Below are positions 12,912 through 21,284 of a stretch of 64,000 nucleotides of DNA, piece after piece (the stretch's first letter is position 1; each line of letters opens with the position of its first letter). The position numbers and the translations under genes were made by a program. The stretch is from an uncultured Candidatus Saccharibacteria bacterium. GTDB taxonomy: Bacteria > Patescibacteriota > Minisyncoccia > Phycocordibacterales > JABMNX01. Location: the NCBI GenBank assembly GCA_964575755.1, contig CAZNRH010000001.1:115347-179346 (forward strand), read 5' to 3'. The notes under the pieces were generated by a model that worked only from the letters and a program-made list of their open reading frames with translations, had not been told where the DNA came from and searched no databases.

Positions 12912-14156
12912 TTAGATTTTAGAAAATATATAGTCTGCAATAGCACTTTTCTCAAGTGTTTTTTCTTCGCCACTCTCTAGGTGTTTTATGGTAAAAGGTT
13001 CATTCTTTATTTCGTCTTCACCAATACATATTACAAAAGGTATATTTTTCTTATCAGCACTCTTTATTTGATCACCAACTTTTTTAGTTGAAAGGGATAC
13101 TTCGACATTGATATCTTGTTCTCGAAGTTCTTTTGCTAAAGCTTGGGCATAAGCATTTGCTTCAGAAGATAGTGTACAAAGATAGAGCTCTGTTCGAGGG
13201 GTGTATTCTGGAAGTAGGTTGTGTGTCTTAAGGAAGTCGGTAATAGTGACATCCCCCATACCAAAGCCAACAGCAGGAATTGATTCACCACCAAATAGCT
13301 CAAGTAGATTGTCGTAGCGACCTCCACCAAACAGTGACCGATTGTTTTCAGATGATGTATCGAATACTTCAAATACTACGCCTGTGTAGTAGTCAAAGCC
13401 TCGAATTATTGACGTGTCTACTACTGTATTAGTAATACCAAGGTTCTTTAATTGAGTTGTTATAAGTTCTAGGTTCTTGTTACTGCTTACACTTTCTAGC
13501 TTCTGTGTAAATGCTTGTGTATTTTCTCCTAACAACTCACCAAGTTTCGAGTCAAAGTCATCAATTTTATCTCTCTTGTCTAACAGGCGCATAGTTTGTG
13601 CTTGCAGTTTCTCTGAAATGGCAAGTTCTTCAAATATTGTGTTAAGTATGTTTCTGTCACTTATACGTATTTCAAAATCATCTTCTTCTGCTCCAAATGC
13701 TTTCATAATAGAGTGAGCAAGTGAAATTATCTCAATTTCTGCTTCTATTCCAGAAACTCCAAATAAGTCAGCGTTAAGTTGCCAGTGTTCTCGTACACGG
13801 CCACGTTGTGGTCGTTCGTATCTAAATACATTAGGTATTGAATACCAACGAAGAGGGAAGTTGAGATCATGACGCTTTCCTGCGACCATACGAGCAAGTG
13901 TTGGTGTCATTTCAGGGCGAAGAGTAACTTCTCTGTCCCCGCGGTCTATAAATGTGTACGTTTGCTCATTTACTATTTCGTCACTGGTTTTACTTCGATA
14001 AAGTTCAGATGGCTCAAGTATTGAAGCGCTGTATTCTGCATACCCAAAACTCTCAACAACACGACTCATTGTGTCGAAGATAAAGCGTTCTATATACATA
14101 TCCTTAGGATAGAAGTCACGTACTCCTTTATATGGGTCTGTACTTAATTTATTCAT
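12912..14156 (-). CDS. hisS: histidine--tRNA ligase
   Basis: 414 aa; class II motifs (FRYERPQRGRVREHWQ, GGGRYD); typical HisRS N-terminus DPYKGVRDFYP. Confidence 0.95.
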   Translation of the reverse strand: MNKLSTDPYKGVRDFYPKDMYIERFIFDTMSRVVESFGYAEYSASILEPSELYRSKTSDEIVNEQTYTFIDRGDREVTLRPEMTPTLARMVAGKRHDLNFPLRWYSIPNVFRYERPQRGRVREHWQLNADLFGVSGIEAEIEIISLAHSIMKAFGAEEDDFEIRISDRNILNTIFEELAISEKLQAQTMRLLDKRDKIDDFDSKLGELLGENTQAFTQKLESVSSNKNLELITTQLKNLGITNTVVDTSIIRGFDYYTGVVFEVFDTSSENNRSLFGGGRYDNLLELFGGESIPAVGFGMGDVTITDFLKTHNLLPEYTPRTELYLCTLSSEANAYAQALAKELREQDINVEVSLSTKKVGDQIKSADKKNIPFVICIGEDEIKNEPFTIKHLESGEEKTLEKSAIADYIFSKI

Positions 14157-14184
14157 AGTCGCTCAATTGTAGCCGAAATAATAC

Positions 14185-14712
14185 TTAAAATCTAGAAGTA
14201 TGTGAAGTATTCGTTTTAGCATCAATATGTTGAAGAATCTTTCTTTTTACATGCTCGGGGTTTGCTATACCTTTTATAAGAAACTCCTCACTCTCTCCTG
14301 CAGTTTGCACGAGCACATTTCCAAAATTAAGAACAGTCGCGACAATACCATATACTTCTAGAGTGACGTCTTGTATTCGCTCCATACGAAGAGTCGATAC
14401 CTCTCGATTAAAGAGACCCCTTTGGTCAATGTTAACTATACGTCTATCAGTCACTATCCAAATATCAAGGTAGTAATCAGTCCAGATACTAAAGATTTTT
14501 ACCCACAAAAGTAGCACCCACGTGCTTGAGAGGAATAAAAGTAAGGAAGGGTTTATTGATGGTAACGAAAAGCCCGCTTGATTTGTTAAAAACTTCCAGC
14601 CGATAAATGGAATAAGAAATACAATAAATATCCCGAATGATTCACGAAATAATAAGAACCAGTGTTTTCGAGCTTTTATATCTATACGTTCTCCTTCTTG
14701 TAAATGAAGCAT
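14185..14712 (-). CDS. membrane protein with bacterial PH (YdbT/DUF304-like) domain
   Basis: 175 aa; two TM helices after the N-terminal segment, then a PH-like beta region; co-oriented with hisS. Confidence 0.5.
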   Translation of the reverse strand: MLHLQEGERIDIKARKHWFLLFRESFGIFIVFLIPFIGWKFLTNQAGFSLPSINPSLLLFLSSTWVLLLWVKIFSIWTDYYLDIWIVTDRRIVNIDQRGLFNREVSTLRMERIQDVTLEVYGIVATVLNFGNVLVQTAGESEEFLIKGIANPEHVKRKILQHIDAKTNTSHTSRF

Positions 14713-14740
14713 ATTAATAAATAATATTATTTTAAATAAG

Positions 14741-14974
14741 TTAAGAAATTAAAGATACAAATGACATAATCATAAGTATTAAAATAATTCCACTAACACC
14801 AGAATATATAATTGTTGCGAGTACTGACATAAGGAAGTTCATACCATATCTAAACCAATGGTAGATTAAAAATATACTATAAAAGAAAAAGATTAATATA
14901 GCGCCAATAAATACATACCATAGTGCATCAGAGTTTAAAGGCAGGAAAGTGCTAAGTTCGTTGTTTGGTAACAT
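14741..14974 (-). CDS. small hydrophobic membrane protein (2 TM)
   Basis: 77 aa hydrophobic ORF with no similarity recognised. Confidence 0.35.
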   Translation of the reverse strand: MLPNNELSTFLPLNSDALWYVFIGAILIFFFYSIFLIYHWFRYGMNFLMSVLATIIYSGVSGIILILMIMSFVSLIS

Positions 14975-15043
14975 TACATACTATTTTCTCATAAAACTGC
15001 TATATAATCCAAGGTAAGTAGTGTCGTACTGTGTATTTAGAAA

Positions 15044-15092
15044 TAAAAAGGAACACCCAAGCCCGAAGACTGAGATGTTCCTTTTTATTGCC
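15044..15092. terminator. hairpin with flanking A/T runs (aggaaca...tgttcct + ttttatt)
   Basis: 7-bp stem, ~18-nt loop, T-run; sits in a 400-bp non-coding gap. Confidence 0.4.
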
Positions 15093-15367
15093 CGTTCAGC
15101 TCCTTGGTTGGAGATAGATCCGTTTTATTTAATGTGGGAGTGTGTCCGCACTCTGTGGTGAGGCTCTAAGATTCCCTTATTGTTTAATTAAGTGGAATCT
15201 CCATAACTAGAAGTTAACGTACTATTAAGTATTGTACTTTCAATGCACATGTCAATATGCATTTGGTGATAAAACAGAGGAAAAGCTGTTGAAAGAATGT
15301 ACATAACTTGTGAACAACTCTGAGAGAGCATTAATTAAGTGGAGTATATGATATACTCACGTCTCAT

Positions 15368-15485
15368 ATGAATCCCGTAGGAAATCACGGACACTAACAC
15401 TATATATGGAAAATAAGTCGATAATTAATAGAAAATCTAATCTAGAGACAAGGATTGTTTAAGTCCGTGTCCTATTTTGTACGGG
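15368..15485 (+). repeat. copy B of the duplicated upstream region, abutting the SET-domain gene start codon
   Basis: See copy A; the same cggg-ATG junction. Confidence 0.8.
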
Positions 15486-15887
15486 ATGAAAAATATTTTC
15501 GATAAAAAAGATTTTACAGTGGTCCGAGCGCGCAAGGGTGCTGGTCTTGGTATTGTTACTAATCGTTCTTTTAAAAATGGTGATTTCGTTATTGAGTATA
15601 CTGGGCCAATTCTTTCGAGAGATAAAGCTAATGAAAAAGGAGGGAAGTATCTTTTTGATATTAACTCGAAATGGGCTATAGACGGAACAACTAGAAGTAA
15701 TCTAGCACGGTATATTAATCATTCATGTAAACCAAACTGTGAAGCAGACGTTTCTGGTAAAAAGGTTTTTATCTATGCATTGAAAAGAATTAAAGAAGGG
15801 GAGGAACTGACCTATGATTATGGAGGAGAATATTTTGACGAGTATATAAAACCTTATGGATGCAAGTGTAGTAGTTGTATTTCTTAA
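15486..15887 (+). CDS. SET-domain protein-lysine N-methyltransferase
   Basis: GLGIVTNRSFKNGDFVIEYTGP (SET N region), INHSCKPNC (NHSC motif), ELTYDYG, C-terminal Cys cluster (post-SET CKCSSC). Confidence 0.8.
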   Translation: MKNIFDKKDFTVVRARKGAGLGIVTNRSFKNGDFVIEYTGPILSRDKANEKGGKYLFDINSKWAIDGTTRSNLARYINHSCKPNCEADVSGKKVFIYALKRIKEGEELTYDYGGEYFDEYIKPYGCKCSSCIS

Positions 15888-16019
15888 AATAAATAAATGG
15901 CCGAGTATAAGAACTCGACTGTTTATTTATTTCAATTAATCCAGAAAGGATTTTACTGACTCATCTTTGCGATCATCCACACTGCGGTTGGTCTTAGAAT
16001 TTGGCTTGGGATTTTAAAC

Positions 16020-16056
16020 TCTTCGACGTCGCCTAACAAGCGACGTCGTCTTTTTT
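16020..16056 (+). terminator. intrinsic terminator after the SET gene
   Basis: cgacgtcgc-ctaacaa-gcgacgtcg followed by tctttttt. Confidence 0.7.
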
Positions 16057-16066
16057 GTATACAAAA

Positions 16067-16110
16067 CAAAAACCCCCGCTCTTACGAGCAGGGGTTTTTG
16101 TTACTTCGTC
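16067..16110 (-). terminator. terminator of the cspA-like gene (bidirectional)
   Basis: aaaaacccccgctc...gagcaggggttttt hairpin with an A-run upstream and a T-run downstream. Confidence 0.65.
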
Positions 16111-16123
16111 TAATCAATAAAGA

Positions 16124-16324
16124 TTAAACTCGGCTTACGTTTACTGCTTGAGGGCCTTTTTGTCCTTCAGTAACTTCGAATTCCACTGCATCTCCTTCGT
16201 TTAGAGATTCAAAATCTCCACCTTGGAATTCGTTAGCATGAAAGAAAAGATCCTTGTCGCTGTCTTCTGTCTTGATAAAGCCGTAGCCCTTATCCATAAG
16301 ACGTGCAATAGTTCCTTTTTGCAT
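16124..16324 (-). CDS. cspA: cold-shock protein CspA family
   Basis: 66 aa; RNP1-like KGYGFI and RNP2-like FFHANEF motifs. Confidence 0.93.
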   Translation of the reverse strand: MQKGTIARLMDKGYGFIKTEDSDKDLFFHANEFQGGDFESLNEGDAVEFEVTEGQKGPQAVNVSRV

Positions 16325-16595
16325 TGCTGTAAAAACTAAATCGAATAAATCTCAAAATCACTCTAAAAGATTAAACTCGACATAGTCATCTATCTAGTAG
16401 CTATTTGATGCGGGTATTGTATTACATTATGGATATAATGTCAATACTTTTGTAAACTAATAGTATTATGAGTATTTATGATTTTCTAAATATTTTAATG
16501 CAATTAAAGACATCATTTAAAATATAGTTTTCCAGTAATAGTAGTGGTTGCGCTGTAATTCATTTGATAGAATATAGAGTAACAATGCTCATACT

Positions 16596-17018
16596 ATGGA
16601 AGAAGATAAAGCAACAAATCAATTTGAAGAAAGTACAGATGCGCAAGTGGAAAGTCTTTCTGGGTCACCTCATGGCGCGCTTTATAATAAATATCTAAAA
16701 TTAATAAAAGATAAGTCCACATATCTCAAGATTTCTGCGCTTGCGGTTATATCAATTTTTATCATAGCAGGGACATCATCTTTATATTTTAAATTAATAG
16801 GCCCGAGCTTAGATGGGCAGTCGGACACTCAATATATTAATTTTACCTATCAGCAAAAAGAGGATATTTTAAAATCTTTAAGCAGTGATTCTATTCAAAC
16901 CAACGTGTCTTCAGAAGAAAAACATAAAGAATTGGACCAACTAGCCAAACAATCTGAAAATACGAGTCAATTAAGAGATTTCGAAAAAGTTAATATTTTA
17001 AAAAATTTAAGCCGATAA
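16596..17018 (+). CDS. hypothetical membrane-anchored protein
   Basis: 140 aa; single TM (ISALAVISIFIIAGTSSLYF); acidic/Ser-rich; precedes the secreted-protein cluster. Confidence 0.4.
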   Translation: MEEDKATNQFEESTDAQVESLSGSPHGALYNKYLKLIKDKSTYLKISALAVISIFIIAGTSSLYFKLIGPSLDGQSDTQYINFTYQQKEDILKSLSSDSIQTNVSSEEKHKELDQLAKQSENTSQLRDFEKVNILKNLSR

Positions 17019-17037
17019 CTCTAAAAGCAACAATTAT

Positions 17038-18204
17038 ATGCAAACACACAACATATTAGTTAGTAAAACAAGACAAAATAAAAGCAGAGTAACACTTTTT
17101 CTAATGGCTATAATTGTGTTAGTTGCCTTTTTTGCGATTGACTCTGGCTTACGTAATAAAGAAGTAAGTGCGGAAGTGTCTCATAATGTATCTGGATACG
17201 CGTGGAGCGATACAGTGGGGTGGATTAGTTTCAATTGCACCGATGCAGGCTTTTGCGGGACGTCAAATTACGGAGTCGGAGTTAACGAAGCTGATGGAGA
17301 TTTATTTGGTTATGCGTGGTCATCAAATATCGGTTGGATAAGTTTTAATGAAAGCGACCTCATAGGATGCCCTGGTGGTGGTACGTGTACAGCAAATCTT
17401 TCAGGAAGTACTCTTTCTGGCTGGGCTAAAGCACTTTCTTCGTCAGATTCTGAATCTGGAGGGTGGGATGGATGGATTAGTCTAGACGGGAGTGATTACG
17501 GAGTAACCTATGATTCTAATAGTGGTGAATTCAGTGGCTATGCATGGGGGTCTGCAATTATTGGTTGGGTAGATTTTAATCCTCAGTATGGCGGGGTAGT
17601 AAAAAGTGCTCTTATAGCGTCATTGTCAGTTTCTAGTTCAAATATATCTAATGGAGGTTCAGTAACTCTTACATGGACAAGCACCCTAGCAACAGACTGT
17701 TCTGGTACAAACTTCTCTACTGGAGGTGCGACGTCAGGGAACGTGGTTCTTACTCCGGATTCGACTACAACCTATACACTTACCTGTAGTAATAGTTTTG
17801 ATTCGGTAGATGATGTAAAAGAGGTACAGGTGTGGAATACAGAATGCGCTGATGGAGTAGATAATGATCTCGATGGAGATATAGATTTAGCTGATTTAGG
17901 TTGCTCTGGTCTGGGAGATGACAATGAGTCCAGTGCAGAATTTGTAGTAATGGATATTTCAGTTAGTGCACCATTTGTTCAGTCAGGGAATTCAGTAGTG
18001 ATAACGTGGAGTGCTACTGGTGTTAACAGTTGCTCAGTTACAGGAACTAATGGAGATTCTTGGTCAGGAATTTCTGGGTCACAAAACACAAGTGACATCT
18101 TTGAGCAAGTGATATATACACTTTCATGTTTGGATGTTGAAGATCATGCAACAACACCACAAAGTGTGACGGTATCTCTATCGCCAATATTCCAAGAGTT
18201 TTAA
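17038..18204 (+). CDS. secreted repeat protein (4x GYAWS-x-IGWISFN repeats plus two Ig-like Cys-containing domains)
   Basis: 388 aa; N-terminal signal anchor; tandem repeats SGYAWSDTVGWISFN / FGYAWSSNIGWISFN / GWDGWISLDG / SGYAWGSAIIGWVDFN; C-terminal beta-rich domains with conserved Cys pairs. Confidence 0.55.
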   Translation: MQTHNILVSKTRQNKSRVTLFLMAIIVLVAFFAIDSGLRNKEVSAEVSHNVSGYAWSDTVGWISFNCTDAGFCGTSNYGVGVNEADGDLFGYAWSSNIGWISFNESDLIGCPGGGTCTANLSGSTLSGWAKALSSSDSESGGWDGWISLDGSDYGVTYDSNSGEFSGYAWGSAIIGWVDFNPQYGGVVKSALIASLSVSSSNISNGGSVTLTWTSTLATDCSGTNFSTGGATSGNVVLTPDSTTTYTLTCSNSFDSVDDVKEVQVWNTECADGVDNDLDGDIDLADLGCSGLGDDNESSAEFVVMDISVSAPFVQSGNSVVITWSATGVNSCSVTGTNGDSWSGISGSQNTSDIFEQVIYTLSCLDVEDHATTPQSVTVSLSPIFQEF

Positions 18205-18228
18205 TTTTTTACATATGATAAACCATTC

Positions 18229-18981
18229 ATGAACCAATTACTCAACAACATAAAAACAAGCCTGAAAGAAAGCATTAAAGTAGCAACAATTGCACTCGCT
18301 ATTACTCTCGGCGTAACTTACGCATTTGCATCGTGGACTGGACCAGTAGCAACACCACCAAATAATAATGTAGAAGCACCTATTAATGTTGGTACAGTAG
18401 ATCAAATAAAGAGTGGTGGTCTTGGAGTTGATACACTTGCGGTGTATGGAAACGTTGGAGTATCTGGATATATACAGGTTGGAACTACAACTTCATCATG
18501 TAGCTCGGGTGTAGAGGGTGCTCTAAAATATGTCTCTGGTACTGGAATGCAGTATTGCAACGGCTCTTCATGGTCCACTTTGGGTGGTACAGGAGGTGAT
18601 GGTAGCTATACAGGATCCCTTACAACAGGTTCAAATACAGGAGCAGATTGTACAAACGCAGGAGGAGTTCCAATTGATATTGGTGGTGGAGACTATGTAT
18701 GTAAATTTATAAGTAGTTCTTGTGCGGCAGGTTGGACAAAGTACCTAGATTGGACCACAACGCAGACAACATCATGTACTGGGACGTCAAACCTATCTAG
18801 GTTGTGCTCCCCGACGTCTTGTACAACTTCTTCACATGTATTTTCAGACAATACACGAGAAACGTGTGGATATAGAGACAGTAACTACCAATCATGGGGT
18901 GGTGATGATTCAGGGACTTCTTGTACTCTTACTACTCAAAGAACATGTACCGCTTCAATACAGGAGATTGGTTGTTATTAA
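18229..18981 (+). CDS. secreted paralog 1 (conserved ~75-aa N-terminal cassette, Cys/Thr/Gly-rich C-terminus)
   Basis: 250 aa; N-terminus MNQLLNNIKTSLKESIKVATIALAITLGVTYAFASWTGP...PPNNNVEAPINVGTVDQIKSGGLGV is shared with the next two genes. Confidence 0.6.
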   Translation: MNQLLNNIKTSLKESIKVATIALAITLGVTYAFASWTGPVATPPNNNVEAPINVGTVDQIKSGGLGVDTLAVYGNVGVSGYIQVGTTTSSCSSGVEGALKYVSGTGMQYCNGSSWSTLGGTGGDGSYTGSLTTGSNTGADCTNAGGVPIDIGGGDYVCKFISSSCAAGWTKYLDWTTTQTTSCTGTSNLSRLCSPTSCTTSSHVFSDNTRETCGYRDSNYQSWGGDDSGTSCTLTTQRTCTASIQEIGCY

Positions 18982-18994
18982 AGTAAAAAACTCT

Positions 18995-20029
18995 ATGGAG
19001 CCACTTATCAGTAATATTAAAGAAAGCATTAAAGTAGCAACAATTGCACTCGCTATAACTTTAGGTGTAACCTACGCATTCGCATCATGGACAGGGCCTA
19101 CTTTGACACCACCAAACAATAATGTAGAAGCACCTATTAATGTTGGTACAGTAGATCAAATAAAAAGTGGGGGACTCGGAGTTAATACACTTGCGGTGTT
19201 TGGTAACGGAGCATTTAGTGGGTATCTAAAAGTTGGGAGTACTACATCAACATGCAATACTTCTCTAGAAGGATCATTACAATTCAAAACATCGGGTAAC
19301 AGTTGTTTACAATTGTGTGTTGATTCAGGTTGGCAGGATGTGAGTTGTGGGGATGTTCCGGTAACAGCTGTAAGTTGTAAAGAATTATTTGATTCAGGAG
19401 TTACCGAAAGTGGAATATATCAGATTTATCCAAATGACTTAACTCTTGATGTATATTGCGATATGGTCACTGAGGGAGGCGGGTGGACATTAATAGGCAA
19501 AATGACAGAGGATTCAGCTGTATGGTCTAAGGCAACAGAACCTGATTTATGGAGAACAACAGGGGTTCTTAATGATAGTGACCTAACTTTAGATCATGGA
19601 AATTCAAAGTATGAATCGTATAATAACGTTGAAGTAACTTATGTTATGGGTATATCTTATAACCCTGACGACGTGTTCGTGATACAACTCCCTGCAACAC
19701 ATTTAAATATGTACGACTTAATTATGAATGGACCAAATAATTATGGTACTGCAATAAAACAGCCACAAAGCGGTACTTATTTAAGTGGATATTCAAGTAG
19801 TGGTGGGCATACGGATTGGAAAATTAGACCCTATAGTTATCTTGAAGGGTGGAGAGGTGGAATGGCTTGGATTGGTTCTTCTTGGGAGTATTATGTGGAC
19901 TGTACTATGGCGGACAGAGAATCAACAGGTCTAGGGGTCTACCATTCTACTGCTACAGGTTGTAGCGGTTACTTATATGGTGCATGGGGAGTCAAAGGCC
20001 CTGACTATGCTACGTTATGGGTACGATAG
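18995..20029 (+). CDS. secreted paralog 2 with fibrinogen-related domain (FReD)-like region
   Basis: ATG at 18995 (the ORF-track N-terminal extension overlaps paralog 1 and is rejected); contains CKELFDSGVTESGIYQIYPNDLTLDVYCDMVTEGGGWTLIGKM, which matches the FReD signature ...VYCDM.T.GGGWTV... Confidence 0.6.
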   Translation: MEPLISNIKESIKVATIALAITLGVTYAFASWTGPTLTPPNNNVEAPINVGTVDQIKSGGLGVNTLAVFGNGAFSGYLKVGSTTSTCNTSLEGSLQFKTSGNSCLQLCVDSGWQDVSCGDVPVTAVSCKELFDSGVTESGIYQIYPNDLTLDVYCDMVTEGGGWTLIGKMTEDSAVWSKATEPDLWRTTGVLNDSDLTLDHGNSKYESYNNVEVTYVMGISYNPDDVFVIQLPATHLNMYDLIMNGPNNYGTAIKQPQSGTYLSGYSSSGGHTDWKIRPYSYLEGWRGGMAWIGSSWEYYVDCTMADRESTGLGVYHSTATGCSGYLYGAWGVKGPDYATLWVR

Positions 20030-20094
20030 CATATTGTTAATATATCCATAAATTATCGATACATTTTATTTTTTTATACACTCTATAAATAGTC

Positions 20095-20469
20095 ATGAAC
20101 CAATTACTCAACAACATAAAAACAAACATAAAAGATAGTATAAAAGTAGCTGTCTTAGCACTTGCTATTACACTAGGAGTAACCTATGTATTTGCAGCGT
20201 GGGTTGGACCCATAGCAACACCACCAAACAGCAATGTCTCGGCACCCATCAATGTAGGATCTACTGATCAGATTAAAGATGGAGGACTTGGTGTGGATAC
20301 ACTTTCTGTATTTGGAAATGGTGCATATTCAGGATATATACAAATAGGGCAGACAGCAGTTACATGCGGTGTTTTAACAGATGGGTCCCTACGTTTCAAT
20401 ACATCAAATAAGTGCTTACAATTATGTGTAGATTCAGGTTGGCAGGATGTCACATGCTCAACTCCATAA
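20095..20469 (+). CDS. secreted paralog 3 (short; retains the N-terminal cassette and the LQLCVDSGWQDVTC motif, lacks the FReD region)
   Basis: 124 aa; its first 30 nt are identical to paralog 1; ends just after the motif shared with paralog 2. Confidence 0.55.
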   Translation: MNQLLNNIKTNIKDSIKVAVLALAITLGVTYVFAAWVGPIATPPNSNVSAPINVGSTDQIKDGGLGVDTLSVFGNGAYSGYIQIGQTAVTCGVLTDGSLRFNTSNKCLQLCVDSGWQDVTCSTP

Positions 20470-20602
20470 AAACATTAATTCGGCGACTGTGTCGCCGAAT
20501 TAATCAAAACAGTCAAAAACAGTGTTATACTTTTTATGGTCTTATATATCCTGTTACGCTCTAGGTTTTACTTAGGGCTTTAATTATTAATAAAAACTAG
20601 TT

Positions 20603-21268
20603 ATGAAAAACACATATCTCACCTACGGGATAATTATTATTTTAACGCTAATAACTGCATCATATTTTATGTCATCACAATCAGAAGAAAATAACTTAGA
20701 CAAAACACCAGAAAGTACGACACCAACGCAAATAAATGACTCAAGTGTAGAAGAGACTATAACCACAAACATTTTGCAAAAAGACGAGGTATTTGTAGCA
20801 GTAATGTCTACATCAATGGGAGATATAACAATTAAATTAAACTCCAATGACGCGCCAAACACAGTCGCAAATTTCGTAAAATTAGCTAAAGGTGGATTTT
20901 ATGATGGAACGAAGTTTCATAGAGTAATTCCAGATTTCATGGTTCAAGGTGGAGACCCGTTAACGAAAGATGACTCTCTTATGGGTCAATGGGGTACAGG
21001 TGGTCCAGGGTATGCATTTGAAGATGAAATACATGAAAATAATTATAATAAAGTAGGAACAATATCAATGGCAAACTCTGGTCCAAATACAAACGGAAGC
21101 CAATTCTTTATAAATGTTGCAGATAATAATTTCCTAGATGGAAAACACACCGTATTTGGGATAATCACAGGTGGTATGGACGTAGTTAACAGTATCGCCT
21201 TAGTACCAACAGAGGGGGCGGATCGCCCAGTAGAGGCTGTCATTATTAATTTTGTGACAATTAAGTAA
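20603..21268 (+). CDS. ppiB: peptidyl-prolyl cis-trans isomerase, cyclophilin type, exported or membrane-anchored
   Basis: 221 aa; N-terminal TM/signal; cyclophilin motifs FHRVIPDFMVQGGDP, SMANSGPNTNGSQFFI. Confidence 0.9.
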   Translation: MKNTYLTYGIIIILTLITASYFMSSQSEENNLDKTPESTTPTQINDSSVEETITTNILQKDEVFVAVMSTSMGDITIKLNSNDAPNTVANFVKLAKGGFYDGTKFHRVIPDFMVQGGDPLTKDDSLMGQWGTGGPGYAFEDEIHENNYNKVGTISMANSGPNTNGSQFFINVADNNFLDGKHTVFGIITGGMDVVNSIALVPTEGADRPVEAVIINFVTIK

Positions 21269-21284
21269 ACAATATTCTGTATTT

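Noticed and set aside
14157-14184. T-box leader upstream of hisS
   Set aside because: Only 28 nt separate hisS from the upstream co-oriented gene, so there is no room for a T-box.
15000-15400. Possible RNase P RNA, SRP RNA, tmRNA or 6S RNA in the 400-bp gap upstream of the SET gene
   Set aside because: I found no conserved P4/CR-I (GGAAAGUCCGG), SRP domain IV or tmRNA termini by eye. I report only a hairpin and the duplicated leader.
18836-18994. Upstream extension of the paralog-2 ORF overlapping paralog 1
   Set aside because: It lies in a different frame from paralog 1, has no signal peptide, and the conserved family N-terminus begins at ATG 18995.
18229-20469. Type IV pilin interpretation of the MNQLLNNIKT... 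paralogs
   Set aside because: There is no class III signal (no G|F/M-TLxE, no Glu+5). The N-terminus looks like an ordinary Sec signal with a long n-region.
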